Source: an uncultured archaeon
Lineage (GTDB): Archaea > Asgardarchaeota > Lokiarchaeia > Sigyniarchaeales > SOKP01
Direction of reading: 5' to 3'
DNA length: 64,000 bases
NCBI GenBank assembly: GCA_964632315.1
Contig: CAZWEM010000009.1
Span: 49,081-113,080 of the forward strand
This document shows positions 40,894 through 51,359 of this stretch, one piece after another. The position numbers were made by a program, and so were the translations under genes. The notes beneath the pieces were generated by a model, which saw only the letters and a list, made by a program, of their open reading frames with translations, had not been told where the DNA came from and ran no database searches. Positions within the stretch are counted from its first letter, which is position 1, and the number at the start of each line of letters is the position of its first letter.

Positions 40894-41133
40894 TTAAATT
40901 CCTCTTACTCTAACTCCAAGTATCAACAATATCCAAGCTAGAAACATGAGGAATAACCCGATTATCATCCATATCTCTCCTGAACTCAAGTTCGGTTGAA
41001 AAAAGGTTATCGCTGGTAAGAATGAATAGAAACCTATTACACCCCATATTAATTCAATTATCAAAATCATTCCAAGAATGAAGAAAATAATTGATAAAAC
41101 ATAGGTTATTTTTTTAGGAGGGCTCCATGCCAT
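40894..41133 (-). CDS. Small two-TM membrane protein
   Basis: 79 aa with two hydrophobic helices. Confidence 0.65.
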   Translation of the reverse strand: MAWSPPKKITYVLSIIFFILGMILIIELIWGVIGFYSFLPAITFFQPNLSSGEIWMIIGLFLMFLAWILLILGVRVRGI

Positions 41134-41347
41134 ATACTTTCACTTCATATTCATTTATGATTTGTGATCTTAATTTGTTCTTCATTCTATTTTAATACAT
41201 GGATTTTTTTTAAAAAATTCAGATTTTGCTTGCATCTAATCTTTTTACTTCTTCAAGTTAAAAAGACTTTATTTATGATAATATCCAATATTTGATTTAA
41301 TTAAATTTGAATTAGAAATCGAAAACTTACTTAAAAAGGAATTTAAA

Positions 41348-42640
41348 ATGACAAAAGAACAACCAGCTTGGTATGAAGCTCAAGTTGTTAAAGATATGAT
41401 GGCTTTAATGGGCGGAAGAGCATTGCGAGGAGTTATGTCAAATTACTTTTCCAGTAGAATTTATAAGGGAAAAGTGGGACTACTACAAGTTACAAATTAT
41501 TTAGAAGCTATGTTCGACAAGAAGGACAGACGTGCATTAATAATAACTGATTCCTTCACACAGAAGTATGCTAAAAAGGTGACGGAGTACTTAGATATGA
41601 TAGATATGGAATATCGAATCTGGTCGGGTGCAGAACCCGAAGTTCCAGTCCCTACAATTGAGGTAGGGGCAAAAGTTTGCGAGGAATTCAAGCCACAAGT
41701 GATCTTTGCTATCGGAGGCGGGAGTGTCATGGATACAGCTAAAATGGTGATGATCAAGTATGAACAACCAGAAAAGAATATTTTCATGATTTTACCCTAT
41801 TTTGGCTCTTTAGGTTTGAGGAAAAAGTTTCGATTCTTTATTGCAATTCCCACAACATCTGGTACAGGTTCTGAAGTCTCATCTGCAGCAGTACTCACTG
41901 ATATGGATCGCGATCCTCCTAAAAAGTTAGAAGTAATGAGTGATGAATTTCCTGCTGACATTACCATTTTAGATACAGATTTCGTCAAAGATATGCCCCC
42001 ACTTCTAACTGCCGGAACTGGTTTGGATGCATTATCACATGCGATGGGAAGTTATGTTTCAAATTGGGGCTCTCCCTATATTGACGCGATGAACTATACA
42101 GCAATAAAGGAAATTGTTAAGTTCTTGCCTCGTGCTTATAAATATGGTGCAAAAGACATTGAATCCCGAGATCACATGCACATGGCGGCATTAATGGCGG
42201 GAATAGGATTTGGGAATACTGTTCCTGGCATAGATCACGCTCTTGGTCATTCTTTCGGAAAAATCTTTGGGGTTCATCATGGTTTATCTGTAGGATTGTT
42301 TTTACCTTATTCAATTGATTTTCAATCTAAAATTACAGAGAGATGGATTGATTTATGTCCAATTTTTAATATTGATACTAAAGGTAAAAATACTGAAGTA
42401 TTGTACGATGAATTTAGAGCAAATTTGGTTGAGTTTATTAGATCGATCGACGCTCCAACATGCGTTCAAGAGTTGAAAAATCCTAAACTTTCTAAGGAAG
42501 ATTATTTTGCCAAAATTGATTTACTTGTCCAGTATTCCGAAGATGACGCAGTAAGCTTAACTTCATTAAGGCCTATAAATTCTGAGTTATATAGGAAAAT
42601 CCTTGAATATGCTTGGGAGGGAAAGAAAATCAACTTTTAA
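41348..42640 (+). CDS. Iron-containing alcohol dehydrogenase
   Basis: IGGGSVMDTAK, IPTTSGTGSE, GLDALSHA, DHALGH, HHG. Confidence 0.9.
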   Translation: MTKEQPAWYEAQVVKDMMALMGGRALRGVMSNYFSSRIYKGKVGLLQVTNYLEAMFDKKDRRALIITDSFTQKYAKKVTEYLDMIDMEYRIWSGAEPEVPVPTIEVGAKVCEEFKPQVIFAIGGGSVMDTAKMVMIKYEQPEKNIFMILPYFGSLGLRKKFRFFIAIPTTSGTGSEVSSAAVLTDMDRDPPKKLEVMSDEFPADITILDTDFVKDMPPLLTAGTGLDALSHAMGSYVSNWGSPYIDAMNYTAIKEIVKFLPRAYKYGAKDIESRDHMHMAALMAGIGFGNTVPGIDHALGHSFGKIFGVHHGLSVGLFLPYSIDFQSKITERWIDLCPIFNIDTKGKNTEVLYDEFRANLVEFIRSIDAPTCVQELKNPKLSKEDYFAKIDLLVQYSEDDAVSLTSLRPINSELYRKILEYAWEGKKINF

Positions 42641-42653
42641 GGAGGTCAAACTA

Positions 42654-44537
42654 ATGAGTGAAAATTTGATAGGTTATAATGGAAAAATTGCTTATATTGA
42701 TTTAAATGCGCTAAAAGTGGAAATAAAAGATTTAGATCCTAATTTAGCGAAAGAATATCTTGGCGGTACGGGATTAAGTGCCAAATTGACTTACGATTTA
42801 TTAAATGATGCGGACTTTTCTACGCTTAAACAGGATCCTTTATCGGATATTAACCCCCTAATATTCGCGACAGGACCTGTTACTGGAACTTTAAGGCCCT
42901 CTTCGGGAAGATACTCAGTAACTGGAATTTCTCCTCTTACTGGAATCTGGGGAGAGGGCACATCTGGAGGGTATTTTTGTATTTCATTACGTAATTCGGG
43001 TTTTGATGCGATAGTAATCACTGGAAAGTCAAAGGAACCAGCTTATTTATACATCCACGATCAAGAGATTGAATTTAAAGATGCGACTCATTTATGGGGA
43101 AAAGATACCTATGAGAGTCAAGAAATCTTGAAGAAGGAGTTAAATAATGATAAAATTCGGATTGCAACTATTGGTATAGGCTCAGAAAATCTTGTCAGAT
43201 ATGGCTGTATCATAAATGATGAGGGAAGAGCTATCGGAAGGTGCGGAATGGGAACGATAATGGGCTCAAAAAATCTCAAAGCTGTGGCAATACACGGTAC
43301 CAATAAAGTTAAAATAGCTGACCCTGCAATTGGAAAACAGTATTTAAAGGAAGCAGAAGATGCTAAAAGGAGAATTCTTTTAGCAACAACAGTACCACTG
43401 CTGTTTACTCTGTACGGTACTAATTGCTATTTAGATATTGGAAGCGTTTTAGGTGATGCTCCTGGATATTACTTCACAGATACAGAGTATGTGGCTGCGA
43501 AATTAACAGGTGCAACACTTCGGGAAGAATATCCCGTACTTGACTACGGCTGTGCAGGTTGTACTATGCGATGCGGTAAAACCACACTTCTTGAAGATGA
43601 GGGCAGAGAAATAAGAGTTGATGGACCAGAATATGAGTCCGTAGCGGCGTTTGGACCACTTTGTGGAAATTTTGACTCAAAAAGTGTAGTGCTCTCTCAT
43701 CATCTTTGTAATGTGTATGGAATTGATACGATATCTGCAGGTGTAAGTATCTCATTCTTGATTTATCTAGTAGAAAATAAAATAGGTACTGATAAAATAC
43801 AATCATATTTAGAATCAATTGAACTTGAAAATCTCAAATGGGGAAACGGTGAGACCATACTTCAACTTATAGAGAATATCTCTAAAAGAAAGGGGATTGG
43901 AAATTTGTTGGCTGATGGTGTCCGAGTTATTGCTCAGAAATTGGGAGTAGACCCAGGATTAGCAGCCCACGTGAAGGGTTTAGAGCTACCCATGCATGAT
44001 CCAAGAGCCTTTGCTGGCCAAGGATTAAGTTATGTTACTTGTTGTGTAGGAGCAAATCATGAGAAATGTGATTGGTTTAGCGCTGAGTTAGGGATGGTGA
44101 GTTATCCACTCTTAAGAGTTAAAGCTGGAGATCGCTATTCAATTAAAGGACGGGAAAAAGGAGTGATTGCTCTTCAAAATATTCGGGCTATTGATGACTC
44201 AGCTGTAAATTGTAACTTTATAAATCCTTCATTACCTCATATCATTGGCCATATTAATGCTGCCACAGGACAAGACTATAATAAAAAATCTTTGATACAA
44301 GTGGGAGATCGAATTAACACTTTGAAACGTCTGATAAACATAAAACTAGGAATTACTAAAAAAGATGATTCTTTACCTACTCATATCACAAAAGTATTAT
44401 CCTCAGGAAAGACAATGGGGGTTAAATTAGATCTTGAAGATAATCTTAAGAAGTATTATGAATTAAGAAGCTGGGACTTAGAATCGGGAGCACCTACAGA
44501 AGAAAAATTAAAAGAATTGAACATAATCCCATCTTAA
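42654..44537 (+). CDS. aor: Aldehyde:ferredoxin oxidoreductase family protein
   Basis: GYNGKIAYIDL, YLGG.G, SPLTG, MGSKNLKAV, CAGCTMRC, GPEYES, YGIDTIS, VKGLELPMHDPR. SD GGAGGT at 42641-42646 supports ATG 42654. Confidence 0.92.
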   Translation: MSENLIGYNGKIAYIDLNALKVEIKDLDPNLAKEYLGGTGLSAKLTYDLLNDADFSTLKQDPLSDINPLIFATGPVTGTLRPSSGRYSVTGISPLTGIWGEGTSGGYFCISLRNSGFDAIVITGKSKEPAYLYIHDQEIEFKDATHLWGKDTYESQEILKKELNNDKIRIATIGIGSENLVRYGCIINDEGRAIGRCGMGTIMGSKNLKAVAIHGTNKVKIADPAIGKQYLKEAEDAKRRILLATTVPLLFTLYGTNCYLDIGSVLGDAPGYYFTDTEYVAAKLTGATLREEYPVLDYGCAGCTMRCGKTTLLEDEGREIRVDGPEYESVAAFGPLCGNFDSKSVVLSHHLCNVYGIDTISAGVSISFLIYLVENKIGTDKIQSYLESIELENLKWGNGETILQLIENISKRKGIGNLLADGVRVIAQKLGVDPGLAAHVKGLELPMHDPRAFAGQGLSYVTCCVGANHEKCDWFSAELGMVSYPLLRVKAGDRYSIKGREKGVIALQNIRAIDDSAVNCNFINPSLPHIIGHINAATGQDYNKKSLIQVGDRINTLKRLINIKLGITKKDDSLPTHITKVLSSGKTMGVKLDLEDNLKKYYELRSWDLESGAPTEEKLKELNIIPS

Positions 44538-44620
44538 ATTTTTATTTTATTTATTTAACTTTTTATATACTATGATTCCCTAATTTCATTATACAAATTA
44601 AAAAATTAGAGGAATCTAGA

Positions 44621-45028
44621 ATGTTAAACATTGTGTTTGCGATTTTTCAACTCTTGATCGCTATTGGATTAATTGGATTTTGGCTAATGTTCTACTTTAC
44701 AGAAGTTAAGAATCGGAACATGTCTGAGGTCGAATTTAAACACGAGATGTCCTTTCCCCTCCCAGATTTAGGATGGGTACTTCCAAATCTAATCATTAGT
44801 GCAATAGGTCTTCTTTTAGAACAAAGTTTCGGATATTTTTTTACCATAACGGCAGCAAGCGGTATGATGTTCTTGGGGTTGATAGATTTTGCCTTTAACT
44901 ATCAAAATGGAGGGTTCAGTGTGAAAAAACACGGTTTTGATGCGTACATGAGTATTTTTATCGTAGCGGTGATGCTAATTATGGGGCCTATTTTTCTGGT
45001 TTATGGATGGTTTAGTTTAGGAATATGA
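44621..45028 (+). CDS. Hypothetical four-TM membrane protein
   Basis: Four hydrophobic segments and an HE.SFPLPD motif. Separated from the next gene by 4 nt. Confidence 0.7.
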   Translation: MLNIVFAIFQLLIAIGLIGFWLMFYFTEVKNRNMSEVEFKHEMSFPLPDLGWVLPNLIISAIGLLLEQSFGYFFTITAASGMMFLGLIDFAFNYQNGGFSVKKHGFDAYMSIFIVAVMLIMGPIFLVYGWFSLGI

Positions 45029-45032
45029 GGGG

Positions 45033-45884
45033 ATGATAATGAGCGAAAAATTAATTGAAAAACAACCGTTTAAGGATAAATTTGCCATTTTCTGTGGTGC
45101 TTCAAAGGGAATTGGAAAAGCTACAGCAAGTTTATTTGTTAAATTAGGTGGTAACGCTTGCATTGTAGCGAGAAATTTGGATACATTAAATAGTGCTGCT
45201 GATGAAATCAAGGGAAATAAGTACAGTGAAGATCAGATAGTAGATGTTTTAAGTTGTGATGTATCAAATGAAGAACAAGTACAAGGAGGATTCAATGAAA
45301 TCATTAAAAAGCATGGGGTTCCAGATTACCTGTTTAATTTTGTTGGAATTTCCTTACCAGATTATACAGATAAAATGCCAATAAAAACCTATAAACTTCA
45401 TATGGATACTAACTTTTTTGGGCAATTAAATCCTGTTATTACCCTCCTCCCTCATTTTATGGAACGCCAATCGGGTCATATTATTAATATGTCATCGGTT
45501 GCTGGTTATATTGGATTAATGGGATATGCAGCCTATACTCCAACAAAATTTGCGATTGCAGGACTGAGTGAAGTATTGCGACATGAATATAAACCCTATA
45601 ACATTAAAATTTCGGTTGTATATCCACCTGATACCGATACGTTTGGATTACACGAAGAAGCCAAAACACGTCCTGAAGAATTAAATATAATCTCTGAGAG
45701 GGCAGGTTTAATGAAACCTGAAGAAGTTGCTGAAACAATTCTTAAAGGTGTTTTAAAAAAGAAATTTTATATCTTGCCCGGATCTTCGAAATTTATGTGG
45801 AGAATGATGCGATTCTTCCCAAAATTGGTCCATTGGGTCACTGATGGGGACCTTAAAAAAGCCAGAAAAAAAATGGGTAAATAA
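45033..45884 (+). CDS. SDR of the 3-ketodihydrosphingosine reductase (KDSR/Tsc10)-like subgroup
   Basis: GASKGIG, SSVAG, GYAAYTPTKFA, and YPPDTDT.G..EE.KTRP motif. Confidence 0.75.
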   Translation: MIMSEKLIEKQPFKDKFAIFCGASKGIGKATASLFVKLGGNACIVARNLDTLNSAADEIKGNKYSEDQIVDVLSCDVSNEEQVQGGFNEIIKKHGVPDYLFNFVGISLPDYTDKMPIKTYKLHMDTNFFGQLNPVITLLPHFMERQSGHIINMSSVAGYIGLMGYAAYTPTKFAIAGLSEVLRHEYKPYNIKISVVYPPDTDTFGLHEEAKTRPEELNIISERAGLMKPEEVAETILKGVLKKKFYILPGSSKFMWRMMRFFPKLVHWVTDGDLKKARKKMGK

Positions 45885-45901
45885 TTGCTTTTTATTTTTT
45901 A

Positions 45902-46528
45902 TTATCTTTTTTTAGCGAATATATATCTTAAAATGTGACAATGTTTTCCAAGATTCCCATGATTTTCCTCTTCTTTGATGATTCCATTCTTAATTATGAT
46001 GTAATCGGCGAAGTGTTCGTATAAATCATTTTGAGTGAAATAATGGGTCGGTCTACCTGGTTTAGATTCGAAAGTGTTATGTTCTAATTTCTTTCCCTTG
46101 CCAAAACTTAGTTCTTTTTCAGAAAATACGGTAAAAAAAACATATCCTCCAAATTTTAATTGGTCAAAGCATTTTATGATAAAATTAAAGCGATCTTCTC
46201 TCAAGAAAAGATGTAATACATTAAAGCAATAAATAGCGTCATAGACCTCATTCGAAAAGGGCATGTTTAATATAGACCCTTCAAAAAATCGGCTATTACT
46301 ATCAAAACTTTTTGCTAAATCTATCGCAGTCTTAGATATCTCAATTCCTGTGACCTCAAACTCAGAATCTGATAATAGTTTCGTGTTCCGACCATATCCC
46401 GCTCCAGGAACTAGAATTTTTTTAACATTGTATTTTTTAAATAATTTAATAGCGAGATAAGCAGATTTAGAGGGTTTGACTCCCCAAATTTTTCCTTCAT
46501 CTAAAAATCGCTTTTCCCAATATTCCAT
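45902..46528 (-). CDS. Class I SAM-dependent methyltransferase
   Basis: ILVPGAGYGRN, GIEIS, YDAIYCFNVLH. Confidence 0.85.
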   Translation of the reverse strand: MEYWEKRFLDEGKIWGVKPSKSAYLAIKLFKKYNVKKILVPGAGYGRNTKLLSDSEFEVTGIEISKTAIDLAKSFDSNSRFFEGSILNMPFSNEVYDAIYCFNVLHLFLREDRFNFIIKCFDQLKFGGYVFFTVFSEKELSFGKGKKLEHNTFESKPGRPTHYFTQNDLYEHFADYIIIKNGIIKEEENHGNLGKHCHILRYIFAKKR

Positions 46529-46581
46529 GATAAATTTAATTATTGGTGTAAAATATTTTTAATTCAAAAAATTGAAAGAAA

Positions 46582-47685
46582 ATGAAACTAATCGGTTTTA
46601 TTGTAAATCCCATTGCTGGCCTTGGGGGGAGTGTGGGGCTTAAAGGAACCGATGGCAACTTATACAAGCTTGCTTTACAAATGGGAGCTAAACCTAATAC
46701 TGTAAATATAGTTAATCAATTTCTTAATAGTTTAGAATATAAAAAGGAGATAAAGTTTTTAGCAGCTCCCGCTCAAATGGGGGAAGATTATCTTGGTGAT
46801 TATGAGATTGAATATGAGGTATTTGGAGAAATCGGTGATAAAACAGATGCAGATGATACCAAAAAAATCGCAAATTTATTAATCGTCAAAAATGTTGAGT
46901 GTATTGTCTTTTTTGGAGGAGATGGGACTGCTCGAGATATATTTGACGCTATTGGAAGCGAAATTCCTGTAATTGCTGTACCAAGCGGTGTTAAAATGTT
47001 TAGTGCCGTATTTGCAATTAATCCAAGAGCGGCAGCACACATTCTTGATACATTAGTCTCAGATAGTATTGATTATGAAGAGCGAGAAATATTAGATATA
47101 GATGAAAATTCTTACCGAAAAGGGATTTTAGAATCCAAGTTATATGGCTTCTTAAAAGTTCCTAAAATCACGAACTTAATTCAAGCTAGCAAAGATAATT
47201 CAAGATTGGGTGTCAGCAACACAATTCAAAAGAAAGAAATTGCCCATGAAATAATTGAAAATATGGAGAATGATGCTGTCTATTTACTAGGCCCTGGTAC
47301 AACGGTAAAAGCAATATGTGATGAATTAAAAATTCCCAAAACCTTGCTTGGGATAGATGCTATTTATCAAAATCAAGTTATTGGCCTTGATTTGAATGAA
47401 AGGAGAATATTGAAGTTGATACAAGAATATGATAAATTTTATATCATAATCTCTCCAATTGGCATGCAAGGGTTTATATTTGGGAGAGGAAACAAGCAAT
47501 TTACCCCAAAAATATTAAGAATTATAGGATTAAATAATATTATCGTTATAGCAACGAGAAATAAGTTAAAAGAATTAACTTCACTTAGAGTCGATACCGG
47601 TGAAAAGGAATTAGACGAATTGTTTGAACGTTTTTTTAGGGTGATTGTTGGATATAAAGAAGAATTCATAATGCCAGTAAGATGA
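46582..47685 (+). CDS. ATP-NAD/polyphosphate kinase family protein (COG3199-like)
   Basis: IVNPIAGLGGSVGLKGTDG, GGDGTARD, PSGVKMFS, LGPGTT, QGFIFGRGNKQ, LRVDTG. Confidence 0.85.
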   Translation: MKLIGFIVNPIAGLGGSVGLKGTDGNLYKLALQMGAKPNTVNIVNQFLNSLEYKKEIKFLAAPAQMGEDYLGDYEIEYEVFGEIGDKTDADDTKKIANLLIVKNVECIVFFGGDGTARDIFDAIGSEIPVIAVPSGVKMFSAVFAINPRAAAHILDTLVSDSIDYEEREILDIDENSYRKGILESKLYGFLKVPKITNLIQASKDNSRLGVSNTIQKKEIAHEIIENMENDAVYLLGPGTTVKAICDELKIPKTLLGIDAIYQNQVIGLDLNERRILKLIQEYDKFYIIISPIGMQGFIFGRGNKQFTPKILRIIGLNNIIVIATRNKLKELTSLRVDTGEKELDELFERFFRVIVGYKEEFIMPVR

Positions 47686-47797
47686 TAGAAGTTCTGATTT
47701 TATACAAATAATTCTATGATATCCTTAAATTAATAAGAAAGTTTGATGATTGATATTGTATAAAAATACAATTTAATTAAAAATAGGTATATGAACC

Positions 47798-50386
47798 TTG
47801 AAACTTAAAAATCCAGTGAATATCATATTACTTGCGATATCATTTGTCATATTTGGGGGTTTAGGAATGATATTCATCACGCAAATGGAACTCCTTCCTG
47901 GATATAGTTGGGATGATTTACAAAATAGACATCCCGTAGAACTGAGCCTTCAATTAGCCAATGATTTAAACGAAGATGGAAAAGAAGATATAATAACAAA
48001 TGCATTCCCAAGGAGTATTGAGATAGATGAGTTAACACGATTTTCTAATCAAGATCCTACATTTGGAGGTGTTTATGCCATCAATGGTCAGTCTGGCGGA
48101 GTTATTTGGGAACAAACTTATGAAACACCTGTAATAAAAGTAATGTCAGTTGGAGACATCAATTCGGATGGATTTCAAGACTTTTTCAACAACAGAGTAA
48201 TGGTTAACAGTTCATGGGGAATGAAAATGGAAAATAGAAGTGGAGAACTGGTAGAAGTATATGAGCCTCAAATAATCCATAATGATTTTTCCAATCAAAT
48301 TATGAGCGGTGAAAATGGAGAATTTTTATCAGAAAGTTTAACTAATTGGTTAGTATCTGATGTAATTAGGATTGGAGACTTAGGGGATGATCTTGAGGAT
48401 TTTATTTTATTGGAAGGCAAGTATACGGAATATTCCAACAATTATATAATGAACATTTCAACCTATTTCTTAAATGGTACCAGGACACGAACAATTGAAA
48501 TGGATGCCTACATCTATTCTGACTTGAGAGGAGAGTTTTCCATGCCTGCTTTAAAAGAATTTCCTTATAAAGGTACAACGCAAGCATTATTTATTGACTA
48601 TGATACAATTATTCTGTTCAATACTAGTAAAAGTAGCTTTATGGATCAAATATATAATAAAACAGCTCTCCATTTTCAGCAATATTCTTTCATTGAAGAT
48701 CTTAATCTCGATGGCGTCCCGGAGATCATTATAGCCTCAGAATATGGTAATGTGAGTATTCTTAGTGGAGTCGATGGCACTTTGATACAAGATTTTGTGC
48801 TTCCAACCTCCTCTTGGAATCTTAAAATTGATGAGATAGGAAACCCTTTAGGGGATCACTCAACATATATCTTGATTAAGAATAATGATTATAACAATAA
48901 AGAATTCTATACTTACATTTATTCTATATCTTTGACTGAAAGGGAATTAATTTGGGAATATTTTAAACCTTATGGGGATCAAGATGAAAGACCAAGGCTT
49001 TTTCCGTTAAGTGATGATCTAACTGGTGATGACATTAATGAGATTATTTTAATCTATAGATACCAACCAGCATTTCCTTTTTCCACGGATGTAAGAAGAT
49101 ATGTGACGCTTAATTTCATTACTGATGAAGAACTCGGAATTGTAAATTCTGATCGTTGGATAGAATCGCCTATCAACATTCCCGATTTTGACGGTGATGG
49201 AATTAAGGATTTTGCGTTCGAAGATGGGCTTTCAATTTATGCAATTGCTACTCAAAAACCATATGCTATATGGCAATCACCCTTATTTGATTTAGGAATG
49301 CCTTTATTCATCCTTTTAGCTAGTATTCTCTTAATTGGGATAATAATATTACTAATCAATGTCAAAAAATTGAAGCCAAAACGCGAGAGATTACGCCAAA
49401 GCAAGATGGCTGTGACGGCTAATATTATATCAATTGCAATCACAACAATTAGCTTTTCATTGTTCTTATTCTTATTAAACGTTTTTAATAGAACATTAAT
49501 TGCTGGAGATCCGATGACAAACATTACTATTGTTTATCTCACAACTACAATAGTATGGTTCGGATTGCTTCCATTAACAGCGGCTATCTTTAATCAATTT
49601 GCTGCTCGGTTTGCTTATGGTTTTATAAAGCTTAGGAACTTCTTTTTTAAATTCTCTCGAAACTATAAGCATGCTATATTTGTTGAAGATTTACAAGGGA
49701 GGTTTCAGTTGAGTACGACAATAAGATTAAAAAGAGTTATACTCCCCATGCTTCTTTCGATTTCAATCGGCTTTTATACATACAATACTTTAGCTCCCAT
49801 ATTAGGATACTTGCAAGATTTTGATACATTTGGAGGACAAGAGTTCTTTTCTTTTATGATTGGGTATAATTTATTATGCATTTTACCCATGATTCTCAGT
49901 TTCATTGTATTTTCCTTTTTCATCTCAGGAAATTACATGCTTGATGATGCGGGGATTGCATATTACTTAGAGTCCAAAAAACATAGAAGACCTGGAGATG
50001 TTGAACCCATAAGTATTTGGTCACAATCAATCATCAAAGGAATTGCGGGTTTTTCCGCTATTATAACTTTTGTCTCCTTTTTTCAAACCGTTGATTTATC
50101 CGGACTTTATACACAAACTGGAGATGATCCTATGATTTCGTTCTTCTTTGGTTTGTTCATTAGCATAGCGATGTTTTATGGTACTCCGTTTCTGACTTCG
50201 TTCGCCTATATCTTATTTGCCATTGAAATTATGGATTTCTCTTATGAAAATAACACTGAAAAATTGTATAGGATAATGAAAAAACATGGATATGATACCA
50301 CACCTAGATCCATTACGAATTTATTTCCCTCAGGTTATGAACGCTTGAGAGAAGATAAGAATTTATCTAAAAAAAGAGAAAAATAA
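47798..50386 (+). CDS. FG-GAP/VCBS-type beta-propeller ectodomain fused to a ~7-TM domain
   Basis: N-terminal anchor, six D-x-N/D-x-D-G-like Ca-binding loops, then about seven hydrophobic helices. Confidence 0.75.
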   Translation: MKLKNPVNIILLAISFVIFGGLGMIFITQMELLPGYSWDDLQNRHPVELSLQLANDLNEDGKEDIITNAFPRSIEIDELTRFSNQDPTFGGVYAINGQSGGVIWEQTYETPVIKVMSVGDINSDGFQDFFNNRVMVNSSWGMKMENRSGELVEVYEPQIIHNDFSNQIMSGENGEFLSESLTNWLVSDVIRIGDLGDDLEDFILLEGKYTEYSNNYIMNISTYFLNGTRTRTIEMDAYIYSDLRGEFSMPALKEFPYKGTTQALFIDYDTIILFNTSKSSFMDQIYNKTALHFQQYSFIEDLNLDGVPEIIIASEYGNVSILSGVDGTLIQDFVLPTSSWNLKIDEIGNPLGDHSTYILIKNNDYNNKEFYTYIYSISLTERELIWEYFKPYGDQDERPRLFPLSDDLTGDDINEIILIYRYQPAFPFSTDVRRYVTLNFITDEELGIVNSDRWIESPINIPDFDGDGIKDFAFEDGLSIYAIATQKPYAIWQSPLFDLGMPLFILLASILLIGIIILLINVKKLKPKRERLRQSKMAVTANIISIAITTISFSLFLFLLNVFNRTLIAGDPMTNITIVYLTTTIVWFGLLPLTAAIFNQFAARFAYGFIKLRNFFFKFSRNYKHAIFVEDLQGRFQLSTTIRLKRVILPMLLSISIGFYTYNTLAPILGYLQDFDTFGGQEFFSFMIGYNLLCILPMILSFIVFSFFISGNYMLDDAGIAYYLESKKHRRPGDVEPISIWSQSIIKGIAGFSAIITFVSFFQTVDLSGLYTQTGDDPMISFFFGLFISIAMFYGTPFLTSFAYILFAIEIMDFSYENNTEKLYRIMKKHGYDTTPRSITNLFPSGYERLREDKNLSKKREK

Positions 50387-50392
50387 TTTTTT

Positions 50393-51214
50393 TTAATATT
50401 CTATTTCTTTTAATTTATGGGGTGGGACTCCAACTTCAGACATTCCCCCATCTACAGGAAAACAGTGTCCTGTTATATAGTTTGAAGCAGGAGAAGCAAG
50501 AAATAGCACCATATTCACTATATCTTCTACTGTACCGATTCTTTGTTGTGGGATCTTTAAATTTCCATCTCGCATAGTCACTCTCATGGATTCTTCGTCA
50601 TTGAGATAAATCCCCGTGACATGAAAACCCGGTGCAATCGAATTTACAGTTATATTTGGCGCTAAAGTTTTAGCTAATAATTGTGTAAGTGCAATTACCC
50701 CTACTTTTGTTAAACTGTATGCAGGAATCGCTGGATCGACAACTATTCCCGCTGCTGAAGCCGTATTTACCATTTTCCCAGATAATTCTTCATTCTCATA
50801 CTCTTGTGATTTCATTTTTCGCCATAATGATTTAGCAACGAGCCATTGACCTTTAAAGTTGACTCCCATAATTTTATCCCAATCTGCCTCCTTTATTCTG
50901 CAAATATTCCTTCCATAAGATACACCAATTCCAGCATTATTGAATAAGAAAAAAATGTTCTCCAATTCTTTATATGCCTGTTTAGCCATAGCTTCTACTT
51001 GATCGGATTTTGAAACATCACATACTATTGGAATTACTTTTGCTTTAAATTTATCTTGTATTTCTTTGCTCGTTTCTTCCAATAACTCTTCATTAACATC
51101 AATAAGAGCAAGTTTTGCCCCTCTTTCAGCGAATGCTCGTGCGACACCTTTACCAAATCCACTTGCTGCTCCAGTAATAAGTGCACCTTTTCCATCTAAA
51201 AATTTATCATCCAT
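50393..51214 (-). CDS. Short-chain dehydrogenase/reductase (FabG-like)
   Basis: ITGAASGFG, NNAG, YSLTK, VNSIAPG, YITG..FPVDGG. Confidence 0.9.
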   Translation of the reverse strand: MDDKFLDGKGALITGAASGFGKGVARAFAERGAKLALIDVNEELLEETSKEIQDKFKAKVIPIVCDVSKSDQVEAMAKQAYKELENIFFLFNNAGIGVSYGRNICRIKEADWDKIMGVNFKGQWLVAKSLWRKMKSQEYENEELSGKMVNTASAAGIVVDPAIPAYSLTKVGVIALTQLLAKTLAPNITVNSIAPGFHVTGIYLNDEESMRVTMRDGNLKIPQQRIGTVEDIVNMVLFLASPASNYITGHCFPVDGGMSEVGVPPHKLKEIEY

Positions 51215-51359
51215 TATTAAAAGCTCCTACAATCTATATCTTCAATTTTTTTTCATCTGTATTTATATTTTTATAATTTTTTAAATTGATATCTTTAAGG
51301 CATAAATTTAATTGCATGAGTAAATTTAGAATTTAATATAGAAATCATAGGTAATCAAA

